Positions 13,436 to 27,219 of a stretch of DNA of 64,000 nucleotides are shown in pieces. This DNA comes from Octopus vulgaris. Taxonomy: Eukaryota. Under the pieces are notes generated by a model. The model ran no database searches, had not been told where the DNA came from, and saw nothing but the letters and a program-made list of their open reading frames with translations. Position 1 is the first letter of the stretch, and every line of letters starts with the position of its first letter. The stretch lies in the NCBI GenBank assembly GCA_951406725.2, contig OX597831.1, positions 22,072,001 through 22,136,000 on the forward strand, given 5' to 3'. The translations under genes were made by a program, and so were the position numbers.

Positions 13436-13990
13436 TGGAGGCACAATGGCCCAGTGGTTAGGACAGCGGACTCGCGGTTGTAGGGTCGCGGCGGCGAGCT
13501 GGCAGAATCGTTAGCACGTCGGGCGAAATGCTTAGCGGTATTTCGTCTGCCGCTACGTTCTGAGTTCAAATTCCGCCGAGGTCGACTTTGCCTTTCATCC
13601 TTTCGGGGTCGATAAATTAAGTACCAGTTACGCACTGGGGTCGATATAATCGACTTAATACCTATGTCTGTCCATGTTTGTCCCTTCTATGTTTAGCCCC
13701 TTGTGGGTAATAAAGAAATAGGTTGTAGGATCGCGGTTTTGATTCCCTGATCGGGCGTTGTGAGTGTTTATTGAGCGAAAACACCTAAAGCTCCACGAGG
13801 TTTCGATAGGGGGTGGTGGCGATCCCTGCTGTTACTCTTTCGCCACAACTTTCTCTCTTTCTTCTGTTGGCCTGCTCGCTTAGCCAGCGGGGTGGCGTCA
13901 TTTGAAGGCTAAAACAATGCCAAGCGCATTGTGACCAGTGATGTGTAGCAACATCTGATAGCCTGGTCAGTCACGGTGATCACGGTAATA
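13436..13990 (+). mobile_element. SINE family E head with an alternative RTE-like 3' tail, interrupted by a family A SINE
   Basis: Same head as 6435-6818. It diverges after ACAACTTTCTCTC into a tail TGTGACCAG..CTGGTCAGTCACGGTGATCACGG. Confidence 0.85.
13490..13720 (+). mobile_element. SINE family A, full length, nested in the tRNA head of SINE E
   Basis: TSD GGTTGTAGG(G/A)TCGC at 13476-13489 and 13721-13734. Confidence 0.92.
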
Positions 13991-14711
13991 TAAATGTATA
14001 TACATTTGTGTGTATGTGTGTATGTGTATGTATGCGTATGTGTGTGTGTGATTATTCAGTTTAATTTCAAGATTTCTCGCCAATAAAGAGTCGATTTCTA
14101 ACCTAGATCCAAGGCTCCTTCAATGAGAATTTTTGCATGTATGCGTGTATGTGTGCAGTATTCGAAGAAGTGCAGATTTGTATGTCTTGTTTCATGTAAG
14201 TATTCTCATGCATATAGTCGTATGTCTAGACTTGCACATATACACCTATATGGTAAACTTCTGGAATGTTTTACAGATTTTTGCAGTTCCAGGGATGGTT
14301 TGGATCTTTCGTCATCAAATCAGCTTTCTCCTATTTGGGTATGTCTGTACGTATCAATGCTAGCCTCATGATCAAAGATGTGTTTTACTTAAAACTTCGG
14401 CTTTAAGTCTGTCCAGAGTCACATCCCTTCAGTATTTCTCATTAATAACGGCTAAAGAACTAGAAATACATCTGGAAATCCGACAGGGGGCAGCACTGTT
14501 CAGATATGGTGTTTTTTAGACCTTTTCCCCATAAGAGAGAATCTTTTATCCACGGTAATTGCAATGAATTTGCCTTTTAGAAGTTGTAATATATCACAAA
14601 CAAATTTTAATCAACCTCAACTTCATATATATGTATGCATGTATGCATGTGTGTTTGTATGTATGTATGTATGTATGTATGTATGTATGTATGTATGTAT
14701 GTATGTATGTA

Positions 14712-15091
14712 CACTTGCGTCAGAAATTAATTAGCACTTCTCAAATTTCTACATTAAATAGGTTAAATCAATAAACCTATGAGCTGTTCGAAACGTCTTA
14801 CGCGATGAGAAAACTTAGTATGGTGTGATTTCGGTCCTTACGAGGCGCTACATATATCTATTAAACAAAGGAAGATTTGTCTGCATCCGCACTCCAAGTT
14901 GTTGTTGCACTGCTATGTCAACATCATAAGGCTGTAGACTCTCAAACTGCTCTGCAAACAAAGTTACGTCATCGTTCTGCGCAACAGTGAACTCGCAACA
15001 AAGCAATAGTTCGAGATATGGCCACTAGGTGACAGCACATACCTTGAGTGAAGAGCAAATCAAGGGTGCTAATTAATTTCTGACGGTAGTG
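14712..15091. mobile_element. Tc1/mariner-type MITE
   Basis: TIRs CACTTGCGTCAGAAATTAATTAGCAC / GTGCTAATTAATTTCTGACGGTAGTG, flanked by TA on both sides. Confidence 0.88.
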
Positions 15092-15114
15092 TACATGCAC
15101 ACATAGACATTGAT

Positions 15115-15216
15115 TGACAGACAGATAGGTAGGTAGGTAGGTAGGTAGGTAGGTAGGTAGGTAGGTAGGTAGGTAGGTAGGCAGGCAGGTAGCTAGCTAG
15201 ATAAATAGATAGAGAC

Positions 15217-15304
<88 letters not shown>

Positions 15305-15836
15305 GGATGTGCATGCAAATTGATAGATTGATGGATAATGAAAAATAGACTGTTATGTAGATTTGAAGTTAGGTAGGTAGATAGGTAAATTTTTAGGTAT
15401 GTATGCATGTATGTATGTATGTATGTATGTAGGTAGGTAGGTAGGTGGGAAGGGAGGGAGGGAGTTAGGTAGGTAGGTAGGTAGGTAGATAGGTAGGTAG
15501 GTAGGCTGGTTGATAGGTTGGCAGGTAGACAGGCAGGCAGGCAAGTAGGTAGGTAGGTAGGTAGGTAGGTAAGTAGGTAGGTGGGTAGGTAGGTAGGTAG
15601 GTAGGTAGGTAGGTAGGTAGGTAGGTAGGTAGGTAGGTGGGTAGGTAGGTAGGTAGGTAGGTAGGTTGGTTGATAGGTTGGCAAGCAGACAGGCAGGCAG
15701 GCAAGTAGGTAGATAGGTAGGTAAGTAGGTGGGTAGGTAGGTAGGTAGGTAGGTAGATAGGTAGGTAGGTAGGTAGGTAGGTAGGTAGGTAGGTAGGTAG
15801 GTAGGTAGGTAGGTAGGTAGGTAGGTAGGTAAGTAG
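15115..15836. repeat. (TAGG)n/(GATA)n compound microsatellite with internal higher-order duplication
   Basis: Direct reading. GGTTGATAGGTTGGCA..AGACAGGCAGGCAGGCAAGTAGG occurs twice. Confidence 0.95.
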
Positions 15837-16336
15837 TTTAGTATATAGATACGATAAAATTTATAGATTCTCACAAAAATATAGGAATAGAGAATCTTTT
15901 GATGAACAGATATCATATAGATTGTAAAAAAATAAGGAATGAAAATGTCTTTAATCGTATTTAAAATCTAAAAGAAGAAATAATAATCAAGGGAGATAAC
16001 TAAAAATAAAATAAGCTAATAGCAACTTTAAGAATATAAAAACTTTGCAAATGTTAGTAAAACGGGTTTGTAACGTCGTTTGGACAAAGAAATATCTTTC
16101 AATCATATTACTGTGGTATTTGGTGAAGAATCTTCTATGTAGAAGGAATAAATGCATGCAATGTGGAATAATTAAGGACAAGCACTAAGTCTTCTAAAAG
16201 AAGAATCGTAAAATTTTACGCTGTCACAATTTTAATGAGAAGAATTCGGTTGTGTTTGTTAGGTGTCGTTTTTAATAGTTTGTAATGGTGACGATGGTGT
16301 ATGGTAGGGATGTGCATGTGTGTATGTGCGCACGAG

Positions 16337-16388
<52 letters not shown>

Positions 16389-16665
16389 TGTGTATGGACA
16401 GGCTGTTAGATAGGTAGGAAGAAAGGTAGGTTGGTAGATAGCTAGTTAGACAGCAGATAGATAGATAGATAAATAGATAATACCTACATACATACGTGTG
16501 TGTGTGTGTGTGGCTGTGTTGTAAGAAGCTTGTTTCCCAACCACATGGCTCCGAGTTCAGTCCCAATATGTGGCACCTTGGGCAGGAGTCTTCAACTGTA
16601 GCCTCGGGCCGACCAAAGTGGATTTGGTAGATGGAAAGTGGAAGATGCTCGTTATATATATATAT

Positions 16666-17172
16666 AGGCGCAGGTGTGGCCGTGTGGTAAGTAGCTTGCT
16701 TACCAACCACATGGTTCCGGGTTCAGTCCCACTGCGTGGCACCTTGGGCAAGTGTCTTCTACTATAGCCTCGGGTCGACCAAAGCCTTGTGAGTGGATTT
16801 GGTAGACGGAAACTGAAAGAAGCCCGTCGTATATATGTATATATATATATGTGTGCGTGTATGTTTGTGTGTCTGTGTTTGTCCCTCTAGCATTGCTTGA
16901 NNNNNNNNNNNNNNNNNNNNNNNNNNNNNNNNNNNNNNNNNNNNNNNNNNNNNNNNNNNNNNNNNNNNNNNNNNNNNNNNNNNNNNNNNNNNNNNNNNNN
17001 CAACCGATGCTGGTGTGTTTATGTCCCCGTCACCTAGCGGTTCGGCAAAAGAGACCGATAGAATAAGTACTGGGCTTACAAAGAATAAGTCCCGGGGTCG
17101 ATTTGCTCGACTAAAGGCGGTGCTCCAGCATGACCGCAGTCAAATGACTGAAACAAATAAAAGAGTAAAAGA
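16666..17172 (+). mobile_element. tRNA-derived SINE family B (CORE-like), spans the assembly gap
   Basis: AGGCGCAGG.GTGGC.GTGTGGTAAG (A box), GGTTCAGTCCC (B box), CCTTGGGCAAGT, tail CAGTCAAATGACTGAAACAA.TAAAAGAG. A partial copy lies at 16510-16650. Confidence 0.9.
16901..17000. other. Assembly gap (100 N)
   Basis: Run of N. Confidence 1.
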
Positions 17173-17447
17173 GATATGTTTTTGTTTCTTTGCCCCCCCC
17201 CCCGCCACGCCATCGCCTGACAACCAGTATGACCCCGTAACCTAGCGCTTTGGCCAAAGTGACCGATGGAAGTACTAGGCTTACAAAGAAAAAGTCCTGG
17301 TGTCGATTTCTTAGACAAAAACTCTTGTCATAAACGTATGACAAGCTATTCATCAGATGCCGTTATGACAAATAAAAGCAATTATTATTGTTTGCTGTAT
17401 GCAACTGGAACAGTATTAAATTAAAATCATCACCTGAATATAATACT

Positions 17448-17814
17448 GGACGGAAGCACTCCGTCGGTTACGATGACGAGGGTTCCGGTTGATCCGAATC
17501 AACGGAACAGCCTGCTCGTGAAATTAACGTGTAAGTGGCTGAGCACTCCACAGACACGTGTACCCTTAACATAGTTCTCGGGGATATTCAGCGTGACACA
17601 GAGAGTGACAAGGCCGGCCCTTTGAAATACAGGTACAACAGAAGCAGGAAGTAAGAGTGAGAGAAAGTTGTGGGGAAAGAGTACAGCCGGAACCTCGTGG
17701 AGCTTTAGGTGTTTTTTCGCTCAATAAACATTCACAACGCCCGGTCTGGGAATCGAAACCGCGATCCTATGACCGCGAGTCCGCTGCCCTAACCACTGGG
17801 CCATTGCGCCTCCA
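17448..17814 (-). mobile_element. SINE family E with 14-bp TSD
   Basis: TSD CTGAATATAATACT at 17434-17447 and 17815-17828. Confidence 0.92.
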
Positions 17815-18965
17815 CTGAATATAATACTAAACGTATACTCGCGGTTAGAAGGCATGATGCTGTTGCATTGTCTGAGATAATCTCTCTTTATTCATTTGTA
17901 TTGAATACACAATATATATTGGAGACTGACGTCGATTCTGCAATGACACACGAAAACGACTGACACATCTCACTTTCCGTAAAGTTTCAATGCCATGTAC
18001 CCTATTCTCAACTGCTAAAATGAAATTCGTGCGTCAATATATATATATATATTATATTATATTAAATTAGAGATAAAACCACTATTAGGCAAATCAAACA
18101 GTGAAAATCATAAGCCAATACATAGAAATAAATTAATTAAAAAATATATAAAAAATATAAAATATAAAATATAAAAATCCAATTAAAATATTTAAATTAA
18201 AGTTAAAATTTTAAAAAATTATTTAAATTAATAATTTAAACTTATAAATTATAAATATATATATTTTTATTATTATTTTATTTTATTTTTTTATTTTTTA
18301 TTTTTATTTATATTATTTATTTTTTATGTTTTTTTTTTGTTTTTTTAAATTTTTTTTATATTTTATATCTTTATATTTATTTATTTTTTTATAAACTATC
18401 AAGAAGTATTAAAAGTTTAATAAGATAAAGAGAAAAAATATAACCAATTCGAATAACATATATATATGTATATATATATAAGAAACAGTGAATAATAGAC
18501 TCACTGATATTGCAGGAGTTAGGCCGAACTGTAGAAAATCTCGGTGTACGCAACGGGAAAAACAAAATTAAATTAAATTGTAATATAGTCCGTTAGAGGG
18601 CTTGGTGCTGTGAAAATATCTGATATAAAGTCTCTTCATGGACGTATATTGTGTTATAAGAAAAATGTACATCGGAGCAAGAAGAACATGCCTCGATGTA
18701 TAAGAAACTACATATTACACTCTCTTCTGATATTGCGGAAGCTTACAGAACTTTAAAAAAAACTCGGTCTGGCACAAATTTTTTTTCAAACAAATGACAA
18801 CCGGGTGCACAACATTGCGAGCCTCAAGAAAGGCGAAACGCGGTTGTCCTTCGCGTGCAACAATAAAGATTATTTCGTCTATAAAGATATCTTATTTCAG
18901 AAAGCTCTACAGATCATACTTTCTAACAGTATATATACAATTGGTATGAAGCACGGGATGGTAAC

Positions 18966-18997
<32 letters not shown>

Positions 18998-19017
18998 CCA
19001 CCATCATCATCATTATG

Positions 19018-19072
<55 letters not shown>

Positions 19073-19075
<3 letters not shown>

Positions 19076-19489
19076 TTTACTCTTTTTACTCTTTTACTTG
19101 TTTCAGTCAGTTGACTGCGGCCATGCTGGAGCACCGCCTTTAGTCGAGCAACTCGACCTCGGGACTTATTCTTTTTGTAAGCCCAGTACTTATTCCATCG
19201 GTCTCTTTTTCCCGAACCGCTAAGTGACGGGGACGCAAACACACCAGCATCGGTTGTCAAGCAATGCTAGGGGAACAAACACAGACACACAAACACACAT
19301 ATACATATATATATATACATATATACGACGGGCTTCTTTCAGTTTCCGTCTACCAAATCCACTCACAAGGCATTGGTCGGCCCGGGGCTATAGCAGAAGA
19401 CACTTGCCCAAGATGCCACGCAGTGGGATTGAACCCGGAACCATGTGGTTGGTTAGCAAGCTACTTACTGCACAGCCACTCCTGCGCCT
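19073..19489 (-). mobile_element. SINE family B, full length
   Basis: Complete reverse copy. Confidence 0.92.
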
Positions 19490-19497
19490 ACTACTAC

Positions 19498-19551
<54 letters not shown>

Positions 19552-19590
19552 TACTATTATTATTATTATTATTATTATTATCATTATTAT

Positions 19591-19972
19591 TGGGGCCAGT
19601 TAGAATTTTTATCAGGTTGAGTAACCCATCCGACTCAAAAGGTCCCTGAATAAGGGTTGTTTAATGAAGGTGGACGAAACACAGGTTTCCACAGCTGAAT
19701 TATTCAAACTCCCAAAGAATTCCTCTCAACACATGGCTATAATGCCCCTCACCACTACATTTGCTCGTGATCAGAGATGCACATATCGTCAGCCACCAAG
19801 AGACATGCTCAACTGGTTCAGGTCAAATAACTGACAAGCTAATCTGTGGTATTGACAAGAATATTTGCCGTAGCTCATCTTTTAAACTATGACAAAACAA
19901 TGTACATGATAGCACTTCCAATCAGTTAAGATAAGAAGCCCTGAGAGCCACTGTCTCGAACTGCATCAGGGA
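19591..19972 (-). mobile_element. Family C (AAT)n-embedded non-coding element, partial
   Basis: Matches part of 49541-50096. Flanked by (ATT)n on both sides. Confidence 0.8.
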
Positions 19973-20001
19973 AATTATCATTATTATTATTATTATTATT
20001 A

Positions 20002-20511
20002 TTCTATGTTTGACTTTTGCTTTATATTTGTACAAGTTGGCTCCAAGTCTCACCCAGAGACCTCAAGAGACAACAGGGTTGGAAGTTCATGTTGTTGTTA
20101 TGCCTAGTGTGCCATATATTTGGGGGGTGGGGATGTTGTACTAATGAATGTCTAAAAGAAAAAAAAGGTTTTTTTTTTGTTTTTTTTGTTTTTTTTAAAC
20201 CGAAAATTATGTTTGTTTTAAACCTTGAGATTACATAGAGAGTATTTTGCGTAGGATATGAGCAGTTCCCATGAGCACTATCTTTTGAACTTCTGCCATT
20301 TTTGGGTTTCCTGGTATCTGAGTTAGGTAGCTATCAGCCCCTTTTGCTATCATTCCCAGGGCACCTATGACAACAGGTATTGTTTTAGTCTTCAGCTTCC
20401 ACATTTTGCTGATTTCTATTTCAAGATCTTTATATTTGCTCAGTTTTTGGTAGGTCTTGACAGATACGTTTATATCGATTGGGACAGTCATATCAATGAG
20501 GAGGCATGTTC

Positions 20512-20516
<5 letters not shown>
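20002..20516 (-). mobile_element. R4/Dong-type (RLE) LINE, 5'-truncated 3' end
   Basis: CLLIDMTVPID..KLSKYKDLEIEISKMW..IPVVIGALG endonuclease C-terminus plus 3' UTR, set inside (ATT)n. Confidence 0.9.
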
Positions 20517-20552
<36 letters not shown>

Positions 20553-20578
20553 CATTATTATCATCATCATCATCATCA

Positions 20579-20706
<128 letters not shown>

Positions 20707-20707
20707 T

Positions 20708-21359
<652 letters not shown>

Positions 21360-21360
<1 letters not shown>

Positions 21361-21545
21361 GATATGAGCAGCCACCAATTTGATATAGGTTATAATCACC
21401 CATTTTGCTATTACTGTTAAGACACCTACAATCACGGTTTTTCTTCCAGTATTGTGTTGCCACATTTTCGCAATTTTTATCTCAAGAGCTTTGTACTTGA
21501 AAAACTTTTGGTTGGTTTTGACAGATACATTTATCAGAAAGGACA
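21360..21545 (-). mobile_element. Degenerate R4-type RLE fragment
   Basis: INVSVKTNQKFFKYKALEIKIAKMW..VIVGVL. Confidence 0.7.
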
Positions 21546-22009
21546 AAAGAAAATGTGAACTTCGTATCATAATAGAAGAGGAGAGCATAAAGTTAGTTTC
21601 AAAGTTTCTATAGCTGGGTGAGAACATGTCATGAGCGACCTGGGGTTAAACAGACGATGTTAACGAGAGACGCCATTAAATGTTAACGACGTTTATAATC
21701 TTAATCCAGGAATGGATTTTATTTAGGTTTATAACATTTCGAGTTTCTCTAATGATTATCCGATTATTTTCAACAATATTTAATGTCTCTTGTGATTATC
21801 ATGGCGAGAAAATATGAAAATTCTGAATTAAAGATTCTATGTGTGTATATGAATGCGAGCGAGTATGTCTGAGCGTGGGTTTGTGTATGTTTGCGTGCAC
21901 ATGTAAGCATGTAAAAGCATTTATATGAGCGGGTTTGTGTGCGTCTGCGTGTGTATATGTGAGTACGTGTGTGTGAGTGTTTTCTCTGGTCAGTTCATGT
22001 ATATGTGCA

Positions 22010-22044
<35 letters not shown>

Positions 22045-22109
22045 TTGTTTGTGTGTGTGAGTGTGTGTGTGTGTGTGTGTGTGTATTCTTTCTTTCCTTT
22101 CTTTCTCTT

Positions 22110-22337
22110 TTTATTCTTTTACTTGATTCAGTCATTTGACTGCGACCATGCTGGAGCACCGTCTTTAGTCGAATCAAATCGACCCCAGGACTTATTCTTT
22201 GTAAGCTTAGTACTTATTCAATCGGTCTTTTTTGCCGAACCGCTAAGTTACAGGGACTAAGTAAACACACCAGCATCGGTTGTCAAGCAAAGTTAGGGGA
22301 ACAAACACAAATGCATAAAATACACACACACACACAC

Positions 22338-22373
<36 letters not shown>

Positions 22374-22374
22374 C

Positions 22375-22467
<93 letters not shown>

Positions 22468-22642
22468 AACATATATACGACGAGTTTCTTTCAGTTTCCG
22501 TCTACCAAATCCACTCACAAGGCTTTGGTCGGCCGGAGGCTATAGTGAAAGACACTTTCCCAAGGTGCCAAGCAGTGGGACTGAACCCGGAAATATGTAG
22601 TTGGCAAGCAAGCTACTTACCACACAGCTACTCCTGCGCCTA
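22110..22642 (-). mobile_element. SINE family B with expanded internal (TA)n
   Basis: Family B head and tail separated by an expanded microsatellite. Confidence 0.88.
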
Positions 22643-22668
22643 TGGATTTTATTTAGGTTTATATATAT

Positions 22669-22729
<61 letters not shown>

Positions 22730-22853
22730 TTATATTAATAAAATATAGAAGACACGTACATATATATTTGGTATTTTATACTGTTTACAACATACACACG
22801 ATTCGATAAATTAACTGCCGGGATTACATAATTGATTATTGAAAGATTATGTT

Positions 22854-22938
<85 letters not shown>

Positions 22939-23050
22939 GGAATGGACACAAAAATCAAGTTAATCGTATTTAAAATATTTCGTGGCATACGTTGCAATAA
23001 GCCTGTACATGTGATCATTATATTTTGATAAAAAAAAATAACACGGATTT

Positions 23051-23458
23051 TTCTGAGCAAATATAAAGATCTGGAAATAGAAATCAGCATAATGTGGAAC
23101 CTGAAGACTAAAACAATACCTGTTGTCATAGGTGCCCTGGGAATGATAGCAAAAGGGGCTGATTGCTACCTAACTCAGATACCAGGAAACCCCAAAATGG
23201 CAGAAATTCAAAAGATAGTGCTCATGGGACCTGCTCATATCCTACGCAAAATACTTTCTTTGTAATCTCAAGTTTTAAAACAAACATAATTTTCGTATGG
23301 TTTTTTTAGGCATTCACTAGTACAACGCTAAGTATAAAACCAAATATATGGCACCCTAGGCATAACACCAACATGAACTTCCAACTTGTTGTCTCTTGAG
23401 GTCTCTGGGTGAGACTTGGAGCCAGCTTGTGCAAAATGTAAAGCAAAAGTCAAACATA

Positions 23459-23545
<87 letters not shown>

Positions 23546-23750
23546 GGTTTAAAACAAACATAATTTTCGGTTTTTAAAAAAAAAAAATTTTTTTTTGACA
23601 TTCACTAGTACAACCCCCCCCCCCCCCGCAAAAAAATATATGGCACACTAGGCATAACAACAACATGAACTTCCAACTTGTTGTCTCTTGAGGTCTCTGG
23701 GTGAGACTTGGAGCCAACTTGTACAAATATAAAGCAAAAGTCAAACATAT
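23051..23750 (+). mobile_element. Two 5'-truncated R4/Dong-type 3' ends (23051-23460; 3' UTR only 23546-23750), each followed by (AAT)n
   Basis: LSKYKDLEIEIS.MWNLKTKTIPVVIGALG. The 3' UTR is near-identical to those at 20002 and 44090. Confidence 0.9.
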
Positions 23751-23751
23751 T

Positions 23752-23891
<140 letters not shown>

Positions 23892-23959
23892 AAGAAGAAG
23901 AAGAAGAAGAAGAAGAAGAAGAAGAAGAAGAAGAAGAAGAAGAAGAAGAAGAAACTATA

Positions 23960-25390
23960 AATTCTTTAGCAGTCCCGATTGTTATTTACAGTTTCGATGG
24001 GCTGAACTTTAATACGATTGAAATATGGAAGATTGACAGGAAAATTTGTAAGCTGCTCACTTGCAATAAGATGCACCACCTAAAGGCAAATGCAGATCAT
24101 CTTTACCTACCCAGAACTCAAGGAGGTTGCGGCCTTGATCCAATTTGAAATTTCTTACGAAACCACCACAATTGGATTGACAAGATAGCTTGAAACATCT
24201 AACGACTGGATGCTAAAGCTCGCTGAAAACCATGAAAAGCGTAAGTAAATTCACTATGTTATGAAGGAGAGCAAAACATTTTCAGGTGAGTTTATACTTT
24301 ATGCATAACTCGCAGGTTGAACAGCAGGATGGAAGTGCAGCATCTGTAGTTGCAAAGAAGGTAAAAACCAATAGCAAAGCAAAATGCGTTTGAACAACTG
24401 GCTGATAGATGGGAACAAGAACCTCTGCATGGCAAATATGTGGCCTGTAGCAAACAAGCTGATGTAGACCAGAAGCACAGTGGCTAGAGAGCACAGGGTT
24501 AAAGACAGAGAGTGAAGGTTTTATCTTGGTTGTACAAGCTCAGAGCTTATTGACCCGGAGCTATGAAGTCAATGTGATGAAAAATGGTGTAGACCCAAAG
24601 TGTCGATACTGCAACGATGGGATTGAAACAGTGGACCACCTAATCTCTGGATGTAAGGTTTTTAGCATCTGTAGAATACAAATTAAGACATGACAGAGTT
24701 GGCCAATATCTACAATGGATAATGTGTCGGCATTATAAAATCAAAACTGCTGACAAATAGTACAAGCACCACCCTGAGGCTGTAACTGAAGAAGAAAATG
24801 TAACTATTCTTTGGAACTTCCCAATATGTACAAACAGGACCATCAAAGCAAATAAACCAGATTTTATTGTGAAAGACAAAAACAATAAAGTCTGTTTATT
24901 GACTGACATGAGCATACCCTGTGATCATAATATCTCGGCAACAGAATTTGATAAGCTCAGAAAATATAAAGACTTGCTGATCGAAATCGAAAAGATGTGG
25001 CATCTCAAGACAGTTACAAATTCAGTGATTGTAGGAGTATTTGGAATGATCAAAAAAGGGACTGAAAATAATTTAAGAATGGTTCTTGGCTTACTATCCA
25101 TGCTGGAAATGCAAAAGATTGTCTTGACTGCTACGTCACACGTATTCAGAAGAGCATTATCGCTGTGAATTTCCTTTTTCCTTTTTTCTCCTTTTTATTT
25201 TCTTTGTTTACTTTTTTATTCTTTATTTTTTTTCCTTTTTCATTCTGTCTTCCCCCTTTTCTCTGTCACATGACTTTGTAAATGAACAATCTGGAGTATT
25301 TATTTTAATGGCCTACCATTGTATACAGTACGTTTCTCTGCCCTAGATATCAGGAAGACACTCGGCAAGAAATGGGAACAGAGTTAGTAA
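23960..25390 (+). mobile_element. Degenerate R4/Dong-type LINE 3' region (second subfamily)
   Basis: MHHLKANADHLYLPRTQGG, LHGKY, GLKTESEGFIL..Q.Q, CRYC..IETVDHLISGC, RHDRV, ANKPDFIVKDK..CLLTD, KLRKYKDL. Confidence 0.88.
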
Positions 25391-25399
25391 TAGTAATAA

Positions 25400-25612
25400 T
25401 TATTTCTAGTGGAAGCACAAGGCTTCATATTTGGGGGAAGGGATTAATTCTATTACATCAACGGCAGTGTATAACTGGTACTTATTTCATCGGCCCCCGC
25501 AAGGATGAAAGGCAAAGTTCGCCTCGGTGGAATTTAAACTCAGAACGTAGCGGCAGATGAAATACCGCTAAACATTTCGCCCCGGCTTGCTAACGATTCT
25601 GCCAGCTTGCCA
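25400..25612 (-). mobile_element. SINE family A (older tail)
   Basis: Reverse copy with A and B boxes. Confidence 0.8.
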
Positions 25613-25617
25613 ACTTA

Positions 25618-25623
25618 ATGATG

Positions 25624-25657
<34 letters not shown>

Positions 25658-25683
25658 CGATGATGATGACAATAATAATGATG

Positions 25684-25726
<43 letters not shown>

Positions 25727-25946
25727 TGATGCTGATGATGATGACGATGACGATGACGATGATGATGATGATGACGATGACGATGACGATGATGATGATG
25801 ATGATGATGATGATGACGATGACGATGACGATGATGATGATGACGATGACGACGACGACGACGACGACGATGATGACGATGACGATGACGATGACGATGA
25901 TGATGATGATGACGATGACGATGACGATGACGATGATGATGATGAT

Positions 25947-25981
<35 letters not shown>

Positions 25982-26012
25982 TGATGACGATGACGATGAC
26001 GATGACGATGAT

Positions 26013-26047
<35 letters not shown>

Positions 26048-26112
26048 TGATGACGATGACGATGACGATGACGATGATGATGACGATGATGATGATGATG
26101 ATGATGATGATG
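25618..26112. repeat. (GAT/GAC)n trinucleotide array
   Basis: Direct reading. Confidence 0.97.
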
Positions 26113-26608
26113 GCAGCAATGTATTTGAATATATATGCTGAAGTATGTATGTAATTTTATATGCTTGTAAAATTATATGTGCATATATATGCTGAGCATA
26201 CAGTAAACAATGTGATAAGTACATAACAAGAACGAAAACAGCATCAAACGGTCTCTCTTCTCTGCAAACCACATCGTGTTTATACAACGGTTAAACGAAG
26301 ATGGTGAATAATGGAAAGAAAATACAAGTTGTTAGTCGTTGGTGCTTGTCGGTTCTACTTCAGCAAATGGACTTTATCACTATTCAGTTGATGAGAATTT
26401 AGGTGGTTGCCGTCATCACATCATATATCTCCGACCCAACCCCTCTATCCGCGGACATGTTTTGTAGGAGGCTTTACTTGATAAGCACTTGCAACATACA
26501 TGAGTACTCAGACGTGTAGTCACTCACAGATACACCTGTATGTATGTATATATGTATTTATGTATTTACATACATATATATGCATGTATATACACGCACA
26601 CGTATGAA

Positions 26609-26654
<46 letters not shown>

Positions 26655-26716
26655 TATATATACATATATATATGTATATATTTATACACACACACGCACA
26701 TATATATATATGTATG

Positions 26717-26810
<94 letters not shown>

Positions 26811-27168
26811 CATACATATAGACACACACCATACAAGCATATATTCGTATATGTATATGTACACGTATATATATGTGTGTGTGTGTGTATGCATATATAT
26901 ATATATGTGTGTGTGTGTGTATATATATATGTGTGTGTGCGTGTGTGTGAATATCTATATGAATATATCTATCATTTGTCTTTGTCCCTCTCTCTTTCTC
27001 TGTGCTTCTATTATCAAACATATGACAACGTCTATACACACCAACATATATTGTCATGAACAGTTGCTATACGTGTACGCGTGTGTATGTATGTATGTAT
27101 GTTGAGAAGAAGAGAGAGATACATAGATAGGTAGAAAGATAAATGGACATATAGATAGTTATATACAT

Positions 27169-27219
<51 letters not shown>

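Noticed and set aside
13436-13760. tRNA-like sequences as real tRNA genes (also 6750-6818, 32775-32850)
   Set aside because: Fused to SINE bodies, with imperfect cloverleafs and TSDs.
17322-17362. CUGAUGA followed by hairpin CUUGUCAU/AUGACAAG on the minus strand
   Set aside because: No GAAA box after the stem, so it is not a hammerhead.
25568-26287. Poly-Asp/poly-Ser ORFs (also 30202-31000)
   Set aside because: Pure trinucleotide arrays with no splice or domain evidence.
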